In this document: positions 47,487 through 57,639 of the stretch, piece by piece
How positions within the stretch are numbered: position 1 is the first letter of the stretch
Layout: each line of letters starts with the position of its first letter
DNA from: an uncultured Bacilli bacterium
Lineage (GTDB): Bacteria > Bacillota_I > Bacilli_A > RF39 > UBA660
Direction: 5' to 3'
NCBI GenBank assembly: GCA_934149245.1
Contig: CAKPER010000002.1
Location: 4,879-68,878 of the forward strand
DNA: 64,000 bases
Made by a program: the position numbers and the translations under genes
Notes under the pieces: generated by a model
Databases searched by the model: none
What the model was told of the DNA's origin: nothing
Seen by the model: only the letters and a program-made list of their open reading frames with translations

Positions 47487-49595
47487 ATGAACAAGAAATT
47501 AGTCGTAAAACAAGATGGTTACAAGGAATGTGGAGCAGCCTGTTTGTTATCAATAATAAGGTATTATGGTGGTAATATTTCAATAAATAAATTGCTAGAT
47601 TTAACAAATACTAGTAAAAAAGGAACAACTTTCTTTAATTTAAAAGATGCATCTTCAAAGCTTGGTTTAGATGCAACTGGATTTAAAATAGAAGATACTA
47701 ATAAAAAAGAAAGTTTACAGAAAATAAATATGCCCTCAATCTGTCAAATAGTTGAAAATAATTATGAACACTTTATAGTAATATATAAAGTAAAAAAAGA
47801 AAAAATATTGATAATGGATCCGGCTAGAGGATATAGAACAATAAAGAATGATGAATTTTTTCAAATTTGGACAGGATATATAATGACTTTTGTCAAAACT
47901 ACGCAACTTCCATATTTATCTGATGAAAAATATTTGAATAAACTTATCATTGAACTATTAATAAAAAACAAAGGCATTGTCTTAAATATTGTAATATTAT
48001 CAATAATATTTACAATAATATCTTCTATATATGCCATGTACAGTGGATTCATAATAGATACAATAACGAGTACAAATACTAGTCAATTAATAATAATAAC
48101 TGAAATATTTATTACTACATTAATTATAAAAAGCATTTCAGATTTCTCACGAAACAAGCTGCTAATATATTTAAATCAAAAATTAGATTGTACTATTTTC
48201 TTAAATTCTATTAGAAAGATTATTTTACTTCCTTATAGTTATTACAAAAATAGAACAACTGGAGAAATTATTTCAAAATTAAATGATCTTGCCAATATCA
48301 AAAACATGCTTAGTAAAATTATACTCACTGTATTTTTGGATGTAATTGTTTCACTAACATGTGCTATTGTCATGATGAAAATAAATATAAAGATGTTCTT
48401 GATTTTAGTAGTAACTATTCTGATTTATATTTTGATATTCTTAATTTTTAGACCACTGATAAAAAAGTATACTAATATAAATCAGGAAAATAATGCTAAA
48501 ATAAATTCTCAAATGGTTGAATTAATAAATGGTTTTGAGACTATAAAAAATTTAAGTTTAGAAAATATTATGTATCAAAATTTTTCTGAATTGTATACTA
48601 AATCTTTACATGATGTGTATATATATGACAATATTAATAATTATGAATTTATTATAAAAGAACTAATTACCTATTTAACACTACTTCTAACAGAGTTTAT
48701 TGGTTTCTACTTTGTGTTGCATAATACTTTAACTATTGGAGAAATAATAATTTTTACAAGTTTAGCACCTTATTTTATGTCGCCAATTAGAAGTGTTATA
48801 GATTTAAGCAAGGAATATTTTTATGCTATTAATTCACTTAAAAGAGCCAATAATTTATTAGAAATAAAATCTGATGACTTGAATACTAAAACAACCTTTA
48901 CATTGAATGGAAATATTAATATAAAAAATTTAAGTTTTAGTTATAACAATTACGATAAAGTACTAAAAGGTATAAACATAAATATAGCTAAAGGGGACAA
49001 AATTTTAATATTAGGTAATTCTGGTTCAGGAAAAAGTACAATAATAAAAATATTATCAAAGTATTATACACCTAGAAGAGATAGTATATATATTGATGGT
49101 ACAGACATTAATGATATTTCTATCAGTAATTTAAAAGATAATATAACTACTATATCTCAGGAAGAAATTATTTTTAATGATACTATCAAAAATAATATAA
49201 TTTTAAATAGAAAAATAAGTGATAATAAATTTATAAAAATTTGTAGGGAATTATGTATTGATGAATTTGTAAAGAATAGTCCTATGGGCTATAATACTAA
49301 ACTTGAAGAAAATGGTCAAAACATTTCAGGGGGTCAAAGACAAAGAATTATTTTAGCACGAGCTTTACTAAAAAATAGTAATATATTGTTAATTGATGAA
49401 GGATTAAATGCTATAGATATCAATTTAGAAAGAAAGATATTAAAAACAATTTTTGAAAAATATCAAGATAAAACTATAATTATAGTATCCCATCGATTAG
49501 AAAACATGGATTTGTATAAAAAAGTAATAAATTTAAAAGATGGAAAAATAGATAAAATAGCTAATTTACCTAAAGAGGGTGATTATTATGTATAG
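47487..49595 (+). CDS. Bacteriocin-processing ABC exporter with N-terminal C39 peptidase domain (ComA/LagD/SunT type)
   Basis: GGAGG RBS. C39 Cys in YKECGAACL, His in YEHFIVIY, Asp in IMDPA. Six TM helices. Walker A GNSGSGKST, signature ISGGQRQR, Walker B LLIDEG. Confidence 0.85.
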   Translation: MNKKLVVKQDGYKECGAACLLSIIRYYGGNISINKLLDLTNTSKKGTTFFNLKDASSKLGLDATGFKIEDTNKKESLQKINMPSICQIVENNYEHFIVIYKVKKEKILIMDPARGYRTIKNDEFFQIWTGYIMTFVKTTQLPYLSDEKYLNKLIIELLIKNKGIVLNIVILSIIFTIISSIYAMYSGFIIDTITSTNTSQLIIITEIFITTLIIKSISDFSRNKLLIYLNQKLDCTIFLNSIRKIILLPYSYYKNRTTGEIISKLNDLANIKNMLSKIILTVFLDVIVSLTCAIVMMKINIKMFLILVVTILIYILIFLIFRPLIKKYTNINQENNAKINSQMVELINGFETIKNLSLENIMYQNFSELYTKSLHDVYIYDNINNYEFIIKELITYLTLLLTEFIGFYFVLHNTLTIGEIIIFTSLAPYFMSPIRSVIDLSKEYFYAINSLKRANNLLEIKSDDLNTKTTFTLNGNINIKNLSFSYNNYDKVLKGININIAKGDKILILGNSGSGKSTIIKILSKYYTPRRDSIYIDGTDINDISISNLKDNITTISQEEIIFNDTIKNNIILNRKISDNKFIKICRELCIDEFVKNSPMGYNTKLEENGQNISGGQRQRIILARALLKNSNILLIDEGLNAIDINLERKILKTIFEKYQDKTIIIVSHRLENMDLYKKVINLKDGKIDKIANLPKEGDYYV

Positions 49596-49746
49596 TGTTT
49601 ATATAATACTTAATAGAAACTCTAAAAGAATTATGAAAATATATGCCTTTTCTATAATAATTTTATTATTAATAATAACTTACTTAATATGTAAGCTTAA
49701 TCTATACTCCGTACCTAACTTTAAATTCTTTTATAAAAAAGGGTAA
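49588..49746 (+). CDS. 52-aa single-TM ORF translationally coupled to the exporter (immunity protein or remnant of an accessory protein?)
   Basis: AGAGGG RBS. The ATG overlaps the exporter stop by 8 nt. Hydrophobic core reads IYAFSIIILLLIITYLI. Confidence 0.35.
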   Translation: MYSVYIILNRNSKRIMKIYAFSIIILLLIITYLICKLNLYSVPNFKFFYKKG

Positions 49747-49837
49747 ATGCTATTTTACTAATTGGTATTATATAAATTTTTCTTTATCAAATATTACTAT
49801 AAAAGCAAAAAACAAGAATTATAAAGGAGGTCAAAAA

Positions 49838-49978
49838 ATGAAGTTAAATGAAAAACAAATGCTAGATGTAAATGGTGGTGCAGTAAAGTGGGGAGTAATA
49901 GCGGGCTTCGGAGCCTTTGCCTCATTTGTAATAGGGGTAATAGATGGATGGATGAACCCAAAAAAATGTAATGGATAA
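49838..49978 (+). CDS. Double-glycine-leader bacteriocin precursor A (46 aa; predicted mature peptide 32 aa)
   Basis: AAGGAGG RBS. Leader MKLNEKQMLDVNGG, then mature AVKWGVIAGFGAFASFVIGVIDGWMNPKKCNG with GxxxG-like motifs. Confidence 0.7.
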   Translation: MKLNEKQMLDVNGGAVKWGVIAGFGAFASFVIGVIDGWMNPKKCNG

Positions 49979-49994
49979 AAAGGAGGAAAGAAAT

Positions 49995-50156
49995 ATGAAA
50001 AAATTAAATAATGAACAACTAAATTCTATACAAGGAGGAGCTAGTTTTAGCAGTGCTGCATTAAATGCAGTTATAAGGACAGTATCAACTCTATTTTCAA
50101 TTGGACAAGCTGTAGGCTCAGCAATTAGAAGAGCTGGTTCTAGAAATTATTGTTAA
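49995..50156 (+). CDS. Double-glycine-leader bacteriocin precursor B (53 aa; predicted mature peptide 38 aa)
   Basis: AGGAGG RBS. Leader MKKLNNEQLNSIQGG, then cationic amphipathic mature ASFSSAALNAVIRTVSTLFSIGQAVGSAIRRAGSRNYC. Confidence 0.7.
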   Translation: MKKLNNEQLNSIQGGASFSSAALNAVIRTVSTLFSIGQAVGSAIRRAGSRNYC

Positions 50157-50174
50157 GTATAGTTTAAAAAAGCA

Positions 50175-50207
50175 GTTTAACACCTAGAAATATTCTAGGT
50201 GTTAAAC
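50175..50207. terminator. Perfect 15-bp hairpin after the bacteriocin genes
   Basis: GTTTAACACCTAGAA-ATA-TTCTAGGTGTTAAAC. The adjoining T-run is on the minus-strand side only, so its terminator function for the + strand is uncertain. Confidence 0.45.
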
Positions 50208-50326
50208 CAAATATTATCATAATTAGCTAGTAGTATAAAAATTGCTTTTAATAAAAAAAAATGTTACAATTAATGCACAAAATATGTTTAATGTATTAAT
50301 TAAAATAAAGTTAAGGAGTTGTTTTT

Positions 50327-53300
50327 ATGATACCAACTAAACCACAAAATGTAACATGGACTGATGAACAATGGCAAGCGATATACGAAGATAAAAAAAA
50401 TATAATAGTTTCAGCAGGTGCAGGTTCAGGAAAAACTGCTGTATTAACAGAAAGAGTTATTAGAAAATTAAAAGATGGTGTTCACATAAATGAATTATTA
50501 ATATTAACATTTACTAAAGCTGCTTCAGCAGAAATGGCAGATAGAATCAGAAAAAAAATTAATAAAATTCCAGAATTACAAGCTGAATTAAATTTAATAG
50601 ATGCTGCATATATAACTACATTTGATAGTTTTGCTTTGTCAATAGTAAAAAAATATCATTATTTACTAAACATTAGTAATAATATAAAAATAATAGATTC
50701 TAATGTCATTTTAATGAAGAAAAAAGATATTTTGGAAAATTTATTTTTAGAAAAGTATGCATCAGGCGATCAAAAATTTTTAAAGTTAATTCAAGATTTT
50801 TGTTTAAAGGATGATTCTAATATTAGGGAATATATATTAAATATTAATAGCAAATTAGATTTATTGTCTAACAAGGAAGAGTATCTAACAAATTATCTAA
50901 ATAATAATTTTTCGGAAATAATTATTAATAAAAATATTGCTGAATACTTAGAGCTACTAAAATCAAAATTAACTCTTATTCAATTAAAAATAAAAGAAAT
51001 AAGTTACATAGATAACGAGTATGCTTCTAAATTAAATTCATGTTTAGAAGAAATATTTAATGCTAGTTCATATGATGAAATAAAAGAGAGAACGAACATA
51101 AAGTTACCTGCAGTACCTAGAGGGTGCGATTTAGAATTAAAAAATTTAAAACAAACTATTACAAATACAGTAAAAGAAATAAAACTACTAACAGGATATT
51201 CAGATAGTAAAGAAATTTATAACACAATTATCTCAACTAAAGATACAGTTGAAGTTATTATAAAGATAATATTGGAATTTTCTAAAAGAATAATGAATTA
51301 TAAAAAAGCTAACAATGTCTATGAGTTTAATGATATAGCAATAATGTCAATTAATATTTTGAAAAGAAATCCTAATATTAGAGAAGAATTATTAGAAACA
51401 TTTAACGAAATAATGATAGATGAATATCAAGATACTAATGATTTGCAAGAAGAATTTATTTCTATGATAAGTAAAAATAATGTTTATATGGTTGGAGACA
51501 TCAAACAATCTATATATAGATTTAGAAATGCTAATCCATTAATTTTTAAAAATAAATATGAAAATTATAGTATAAGTGATAAAGATATAAAAATAGATTT
51601 AAATAAAAATTTTAGATCACGTGAAGAAGTTTTAGATAATATAAATATTATGTTTAACTTAATAATGGATCAAGAAATAGGAGGAGCAGATTATATAAAG
51701 GAACATCAAATGATTTTTGGAAATGGAGCTTATTTGAAAGAAAAAATAAATCATTCAAATGATATGAATATATATAGCTATGATTATGAAAAAGAAATAG
51801 GATATAGTAAAGAAGAAATAGAAGCATTTATAATAGCAAAGGATATTCTAAACAAAAAAGAAAATAACTATCAAGTATTTGATAAGGATTCAGGATTGTT
51901 AAGAAAAGCTTCATATCAAGATTTTGCTATAATAATTGATAGAGCAACTAGTTTTGGATTGTATAAAAAAATCTTTTCTTACCTTGGAATTCCATTAGAA
52001 TTATTAAAAGATGAAAAAATGAATGATTCAGCTGATTTAAATGTAATTAAAAATGTTATAAAATTAATAATAAGCATAAAAGAAAATGTATTTGATAAAA
52101 ATTTTAAATACTTATTTACAAGTGTTGCTAGAAGTTTTTTGTATAATTTACCAGATGATGTAATATTTAACTATTTTGAAAAAAATAATTTTAAAGAAAG
52201 TATTATATATCAAACTTGTTACACTATCAGTAAAAAAATAGATTACTTAACAATAAATGAATTATTGAATTTGATTGAAAAAGAATTTGATTATTATAAG
52301 AAATTGGTAACAATCGGGGATATTAATAACTGTATAATAAAAATGGAAAAAATAAAATCCATAGCTCAGAGTTTAGAAGAGATGGGATATACAATAGAGG
52401 ATTTTGTTGAGTATTTAGAAAATATAATAAAAGAAGGATATACTATGGATTACAAGTCATCTAGAAATAGTACTGATTCTGTAAAAATTATGACCATTCA
52501 CAAGTCAAAAGGATTAGAGTATCCAATATGTTATTTTTCAGGTTTATATAAAACTTTCAATATAAGTGATTTAAATGAAAAGTTTATTTTTGATAAGAAA
52601 TATGGAATTATTGTTCCATACTTTAACAATGGAATAGGAGAAACAATTTATAAACAATTACTGAAAAACAAATATTTAGAAGAAGAGATAAGTGAAAAAA
52701 TAAGGCTTTTCTATGTAGCACTAACTCGTGCTAGGGAAAAAATAATCTTAGTTCATCCAAACTATGATATCCAAGATAATAATTATAGATATACAATATT
52801 GCCAAATACTATAAAGCAAAATTATAGATCATTTCTTGATATGTTATCTTCTATTGATTTTATAATAAAAAAATACGAAAGCAAGATAGATTTAGAAAAA
52901 ACAGGGTTAACACACAATTATAATTTAATAAAACAAGAAAATTATAAAGAAAAGATATCATCAAATACTAGTTTATTAAATATTAATGAAATAAATATTT
53001 CAAACGAAAACATAAGTGATAAGTCATTTTCCAAAAAAGTTAATAAATTAATTACAAAAGCTGAATATGAAAGTATGAATTTAGGAACTAAATTACATGA
53101 GATTTTAGAGTTAGTAGATTTAAAAAGTCCTGATTATTCAAAAATGCCAGATAAATTATCAGAAAAAATTTTAAAATCATTTTTAAGTAAACCTGAACTT
53201 TCAAATATTAATAAAGCAAAAATATATAAAGAAAATGAATTTATATATAAAGATAAAGATACAATATATCATGGAATAATAGATTTGATTTTAGAATATG

Positions 53301-53461
53301 AAGATCATATAGATATTATAGACTATAAATTAAAAAATATTAGCGATTTAAATTACTTAAGTCAATTACATGGATATAAAAATTATGTAATAAAAAGGAC
53401 TAATAAATTAGTAAATTTATATTTATATTCACTTTTAGATACAAAATTAACAAAAATTTGA
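50327..53461 (+). CDS. addA: UvrD/PcrA-type SF1 helicase fused to a C-terminal RecB-family nuclease (AddA/RexA-like)
   Basis: Walker A AGAGSGKT, DEYQDT, helicase motifs through TIHKSKGLEY and LFYVALTRA. C-terminal nuclease motif HGIIDLIL..IDIIDYKLK. Confidence 0.8.
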   Translation: MIPTKPQNVTWTDEQWQAIYEDKKNIIVSAGAGSGKTAVLTERVIRKLKDGVHINELLILTFTKAASAEMADRIRKKINKIPELQAELNLIDAAYITTFDSFALSIVKKYHYLLNISNNIKIIDSNVILMKKKDILENLFLEKYASGDQKFLKLIQDFCLKDDSNIREYILNINSKLDLLSNKEEYLTNYLNNNFSEIIINKNIAEYLELLKSKLTLIQLKIKEISYIDNEYASKLNSCLEEIFNASSYDEIKERTNIKLPAVPRGCDLELKNLKQTITNTVKEIKLLTGYSDSKEIYNTIISTKDTVEVIIKIILEFSKRIMNYKKANNVYEFNDIAIMSINILKRNPNIREELLETFNEIMIDEYQDTNDLQEEFISMISKNNVYMVGDIKQSIYRFRNANPLIFKNKYENYSISDKDIKIDLNKNFRSREEVLDNINIMFNLIMDQEIGGADYIKEHQMIFGNGAYLKEKINHSNDMNIYSYDYEKEIGYSKEEIEAFIIAKDILNKKENNYQVFDKDSGLLRKASYQDFAIIIDRATSFGLYKKIFSYLGIPLELLKDEKMNDSADLNVIKNVIKLIISIKENVFDKNFKYLFTSVARSFLYNLPDDVIFNYFEKNNFKESIIYQTCYTISKKIDYLTINELLNLIEKEFDYYKKLVTIGDINNCIIKMEKIKSIAQSLEEMGYTIEDFVEYLENIIKEGYTMDYKSSRNSTDSVKIMTIHKSKGLEYPICYFSGLYKTFNISDLNEKFIFDKKYGIIVPYFNNGIGETIYKQLLKNKYLEEEISEKIRLFYVALTRAREKIILVHPNYDIQDNNYRYTILPNTIKQNYRSFLDMLSSIDFIIKKYESKIDLEKTGLTHNYNLIKQENYKEKISSNTSLLNINEINISNENISDKSFSKKVNKLITKAEYESMNLGTKLHEILELVDLKSPDYSKMPDKLSEKILKSFLSKPELSNINKAKIYKENEFIYKDKDTIYHGIIDLILEYEDHIDIIDYKLKNISDLNYLSQLHGYKNYVIKRTNKLVNLYLYSLLDTKLTKI

Positions 53462-53520
53462 TATATTTTAATTGATTAATAAAAGTTTTAATAAAATCAT
53501 ATATATTGATAGGTGATAAT

Positions 53521-54138
53521 ATGTATGAAGCAATAAAACTAGATTATACTTTAAATTCTTTGTATCCTTATTTAACTTATGATGTGTTAAATGTTCATTA
53601 TAATGATATATACTTAAAATATATTGAAGTTTTGAATAATCTTTTGTTAAAAACTAATAATTATTATGATTATAATCCAAGCATTTTAATAAATAATGTA
53701 GATATTTTTCCACTATCAATTAGAGGAGAAATATTATATAACTTATCGGCTTTTCTAAATCATAATTTGTATTTTTATAACATTTCTAATGCTAATAATT
53801 TATATCCAGTTGGTATTTTGAAGACTGATATAGACAAATCTTTTGGAAGTTTTGCAAATTTTATGACTGAGTTTAAGAAAAGCGCTAATAATTTAAAGGG
53901 AAGTGGTTATACATTTTTAGTATATAATCAGAATAAATTATCTATAATAAATATATCTAATGAAGATAGTCCATACTCATATAGAATGTTTCCAGTGATA
54001 TGTCTTGATTTATGGGAACATGCATATTTTTTAGAATATAGAGCAGATAGAGGGAAATATATCGATAATTTCTTTAAAATAATAGATTTTAGGAAAATTA
54101 ATGCTCGTTATGAAAAATTTTTGAAAGCAAATAAATAA
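53521..54138 (+). CDS. Fe/Mn superoxide dismutase family protein (divergent)
   Basis: AGGTGA RBS before ATG 53521. DLWEHAYFLEYRADRGKYI matches the DxWEHAYYL signature. Metal ligands appear retained (VHY.., ..LNH.., D..H). Second-sphere residues are divergent. Confidence 0.7.
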   Translation: MYEAIKLDYTLNSLYPYLTYDVLNVHYNDIYLKYIEVLNNLLLKTNNYYDYNPSILINNVDIFPLSIRGEILYNLSAFLNHNLYFYNISNANNLYPVGILKTDIDKSFGSFANFMTEFKKSANNLKGSGYTFLVYNQNKLSIINISNEDSPYSYRMFPVICLDLWEHAYFLEYRADRGKYIDNFFKIIDFRKINARYEKFLKANK

Positions 54139-54185
54139 AACTGTACAAATATTATTTAGGACAATGCAACTTAGGAGGAATTTAA

Positions 54186-55085
54186 ATGTCTAAAGTTGTG
54201 CTAAAATGTCAAAATTTAAATAAAAAATTAAGTAAAACTGCAAAAATATCTAATGTATCCTTTTCACTTAACGAAAGAGATATATTGGGATTTATAGGTC
54301 CAAATGGTGCTGGAAAAACGACAATTATTAAATCAATTTTAGGATTATATAAAATTGATTCAGGTAAAATAGAAATAAATGGCTATGATTTAGAAAAAGA
54401 TTTTGTTAAAGCTATATCTAATGTTGGTGCTATAATAGAAAATCCAGATTTATATAGTTATATGACGGGTTATGAAAATTTAATGATTGCTGCCAAAATA
54501 TATGACATAAAAAAAGAAAGAGTAAATCAAATAATAAAATTAGTGGGATTAGAAAATAAAATTAATCTAAAAGTTTCAAAATACTCATTAGGAATGAAAC
54601 AAAGACTAGGAATAGCTCAATCAATTTTACATAATCCCAAAATATTAATTTTGGACGAGCCCACTAATGGATTAGATCCGAGTGGAATAATAGAATTAAA
54701 TAATCTACTTTTAGAATTATCCAAAGGTGGTATGTCTATTATAATTTCTAGTCATATATTAAGTGAACTCGAAACAATATGCAATAAATTTTGTATAGTA
54801 AATGAAGGAAAAATTATATATAAAAAAACTATTGACAAATTAAAAAAAGAGCAGCAAATTAGCGAGTATATATTTGAAATTAGTGATATTGAAAAAATAA
54901 AGAATAAATTAAAGTACGAAAAAGTTGATAGTAAGCATATTAAAATAAAAACTACAAAAAATAATATAAATAACCTCATAAAAAAATTATTAGAAAATAA
55001 TATCCAAATATACGAAATAAAAGCAGAAAATTTATCTCTTGAAAGTATCTTCTTAAATACAATAAGGGGTGAATCAAATGAATAA
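54186..55085 (+). CDS. ABC transporter ATP-binding protein (ABC-2/bacitracin-type)
   Basis: Walker A GPNGAGKTT, signature YSLGMKQR, Walker B LILDEPTNGLD. Confidence 0.85.
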   Translation: MSKVVLKCQNLNKKLSKTAKISNVSFSLNERDILGFIGPNGAGKTTIIKSILGLYKIDSGKIEINGYDLEKDFVKAISNVGAIIENPDLYSYMTGYENLMIAAKIYDIKKERVNQIIKLVGLENKINLKVSKYSLGMKQRLGIAQSILHNPKILILDEPTNGLDPSGIIELNNLLLELSKGGMSIIISSHILSELETICNKFCIVNEGKIIYKKTIDKLKKEQQISEYIFEISDIEKIKNKLKYEKVDSKHIKIKTTKNNINNLIKKLLENNIQIYEIKAENLSLESIFLNTIRGESNE

Positions 55086-56544
55086 ATTAATATCTATAGA
55101 AATAAAAAAAGTATTTAAGCATAAGAGTATATTTGTAATATTACTAATAATGACAATTTTTTGTATATTAAACAATATTATATATAAAAATGATTATACA
55201 AAAACAGGTGAGTATAAATATAAAAAACATGAAAACATAGAGCAAACAATAGCAAGAGAAGAAAAAAATTTAAAGAAATATAATTTAGAGCAAGATAGTG
55301 ATAAATATATGTATATTACTACTAAAACAAAAATAGAACTTGCTAAAATAAAAAGAAAGTATAAATATTCTGATTGGCGATATATAAAAGCTCAGGACTA
55401 TTTATATAATCTTTTATATAATATTAATCTATATAAATTAGTTGATAAAAATCAGGAAAAGCTTGATGATAATATAAAAAAATATGATGAGGCAATAAAT
55501 AATTATAACGATAATAATTGGAAATATTTTGTAAGAAAAGATAAAATAATTATTAAAAATAACATTTCTGAGGTCAACGAAAAGATTGATAATACTACAG
55601 AAAAACAAACTTTAAATAGTTTGCAAAATCAGAAAAAAGAATTAGAAAATAATTTATTAATATTAAATTATAGATTAGATAAAAATATTACTTATGATGA
55701 TAATTATCTGAATAGGGCTTTAGAAGAATATAGTATGCAAAAAGAAGCAGTAAAAAAATATCAAAAAAAGAAATTAGATTATGAAGAAAAATTGGAATTA
55801 TCAAATTTGAAACAAAATATAAATATCAACAAATACATAATTGATAATAAGAAAAATCTAAAACAGGAAAACACTATTAATTACCAATTAAGAACCATAT
55901 TAGACGATTATGAACTATTTATAGTAATAATAACTATATTAGTAGCTAGTATCACTATTGGAGAAGATTTGAATAAGCAAACTATAAAATTAATGTTAAT
56001 AAAGCCATATAAGAGAAGTAAAATCATTTTATCAAAATATTTAGCATCATTAATAATTATTTTAAGTTCAATTCTTTCTTTGGTAATTATTCAACTATTG
56101 ATAGGTGGAATGTTTTTAGGTGTTCAAAGCTTAAAGCAGAATATGGTAGTTTATGATTTAGCAACTTCTAAAATAATAATATTAAATATATTTATATATA
56201 TGCTTATTAGAATTTTATTTAAATTACCAATGATTATAATTATATTAAATGTAAGTTTTGCGTTAAATATTTTATTAAATAGTGTTATCGCTCCTTTTTC
56301 AATATCAATGTTATTATATACATTCTCAGAAGTTATAAATACTATGGCTATTAATTATAATATAAAATTTATGAAATATTTTATAACTCTTAACTGGAAT
56401 TTTAATAATTATTTATTTGGAACTTTACCAAAATACCAATATTTGAATTTAAAAAATTCTATACTAATATTTCTAATTTATGATATAATGTTATTGGGAA
56501 TTATATTTATTAGTTTTAATAAAAAAAATATCAAGAATGTTTAA
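55078..56544 (+). CDS. ABC-2 type permease with a ~230-aa coiled-coil-rich extracytoplasmic insert
   Basis: AAGGGG RBS before ATG 55078, overlapping the ATPase stop. One TM helix, then a K/E/N-rich region, then 5 TM helices. Confidence 0.65.
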   Translation: MNKLISIEIKKVFKHKSIFVILLIMTIFCILNNIIYKNDYTKTGEYKYKKHENIEQTIAREEKNLKKYNLEQDSDKYMYITTKTKIELAKIKRKYKYSDWRYIKAQDYLYNLLYNINLYKLVDKNQEKLDDNIKKYDEAINNYNDNNWKYFVRKDKIIIKNNISEVNEKIDNTTEKQTLNSLQNQKKELENNLLILNYRLDKNITYDDNYLNRALEEYSMQKEAVKKYQKKKLDYEEKLELSNLKQNININKYIIDNKKNLKQENTINYQLRTILDDYELFIVIITILVASITIGEDLNKQTIKLMLIKPYKRSKIILSKYLASLIIILSSILSLVIIQLLIGGMFLGVQSLKQNMVVYDLATSKIIILNIFIYMLIRILFKLPMIIIILNVSFALNILLNSVIAPFSISMLLYTFSEVINTMAINYNIKFMKYFITLNWNFNNYLFGTLPKYQYLNLKNSILIFLIYDIMLLGIIFISFNKKNIKNV

Positions 56545-57189
56545 GTGGGTGATATTGTGCTTGATACTATAAGGAATATGATTACTGGGGTTTTGCCAGA
56601 TGTATGGCCAGTTATAATTATAATTACTGTAATATCTTGCTCTCTTAGAATAGGATATTTAATAAAGAATAAGGCTGATTTTTGTTTTTACAAAGAACTG
56701 TTCACATTAGTATTTATTCTTTATGTTATGTGTCTATTTGAAGTTGTAACATTACAGGATAATAATTATGGATTATCTAATTTTATTCCTTTTAAAGAAA
56801 TATTCAGATATCAAATTGGTTCGAGATTATTTATCAAAAATATTGTAGGAAATATTTTATTGTTTTTACCATATGGTTATTTTACTTCATATTACTTAAA
56901 TAACAAAAAATTATGGCCAACAGCTTTATTAACTATAATAGTATCATTTACAATAGAAACAGTACAATTAAAAATAGGAAGAACTTTTGATGTTGATGAT
57001 ATAATTCTAAACACTTGTGGTGGAACAATAGGTGGTTTTATTTATTCATTATCAGAAAGTGTAAGCAATAAACTACCTAAAGTTCTTAAAACAGAAGGCT
57101 TTATAAATTTTATAGTTATAATAACAATTATATTACTAATAATATATTTATTTAATATAAATGTGTTAGGGTGGTTTAATTATAGTTAG
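56545..57189 (+). CDS. VanZ family membrane protein
   Basis: Pattern NIVGNILLFLPYGYF ... TIETVQL..GRTFDVDDIILNTCGG is typical of VanZ-like proteins. Confidence 0.7.
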   Translation: MGDIVLDTIRNMITGVLPDVWPVIIIITVISCSLRIGYLIKNKADFCFYKELFTLVFILYVMCLFEVVTLQDNNYGLSNFIPFKEIFRYQIGSRLFIKNIVGNILLFLPYGYFTSYYLNNKKLWPTALLTIIVSFTIETVQLKIGRTFDVDDIILNTCGGTIGGFIYSLSESVSNKLPKVLKTEGFINFIVIITIILLIIYLFNINVLGWFNYS

Positions 57190-57198
57190 GAGTTTTTT

Positions 57199-57639
57199 AT
57201 GTTTGAAATAATTAATGAAACAGAGGAAAAAATAGGGGAATTAGATTATTTAAATAATTATATATCTTATGTTGTAAAAAAAGAAAAATTAGAGAATTGT
57301 GTATTTAATATAATATTTGTATCAAATGAAAAAATTCACGAGATAAACTTCAATTATAGAGGCGTAGATAAAGTAACTGATGTAATAAGTTTTGCTCTAG
57401 AAGATGCAAATGATGTAAAAGAACCTGGTATGAGAATATTAGGAGATATTTATATAGCAATTAATGTAGCGTATAATCAAGCTGAAATATATGGACATTC
57501 TAATATTAGAGAAATTTGCTTTTTAGCAACTCATGGAATATTACATTTGTTAGGGTATGATCATATGGAAGAAGAAGAAGAAAAAATAATGTTTACAAAA
57601 CAAAAGGAGCTATTGGAATCTTATGAGATTATTCGGTAA
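57199..57639 (+). CDS. ybeY: rRNA maturation endoribonuclease YbeY
   Basis: Zinc motif HGILHLLGYDH. Confidence 0.88.
   Translation: MFEIINETEEKIGELDYLNNYISYVVKKEKLENCVFNIIFVSNEKIHEINFNYRGVDKVTDVISFALEDANDVKEPGMRILGDIYIAINVAYNQAEIYGHSNIREICFLATHGILHLLGYDHMEEEEEKIMFTKQKELLESYEIIR

Noticed and set aside
49588-49746. Calling the 52-aa ORF a truncated HlyD/ComB-type accessory protein.
   Set aside because: The only resemblance is a single N-terminal TM helix, which gives too little sequence to assign it. It is kept as a low-confidence small TM ORF.
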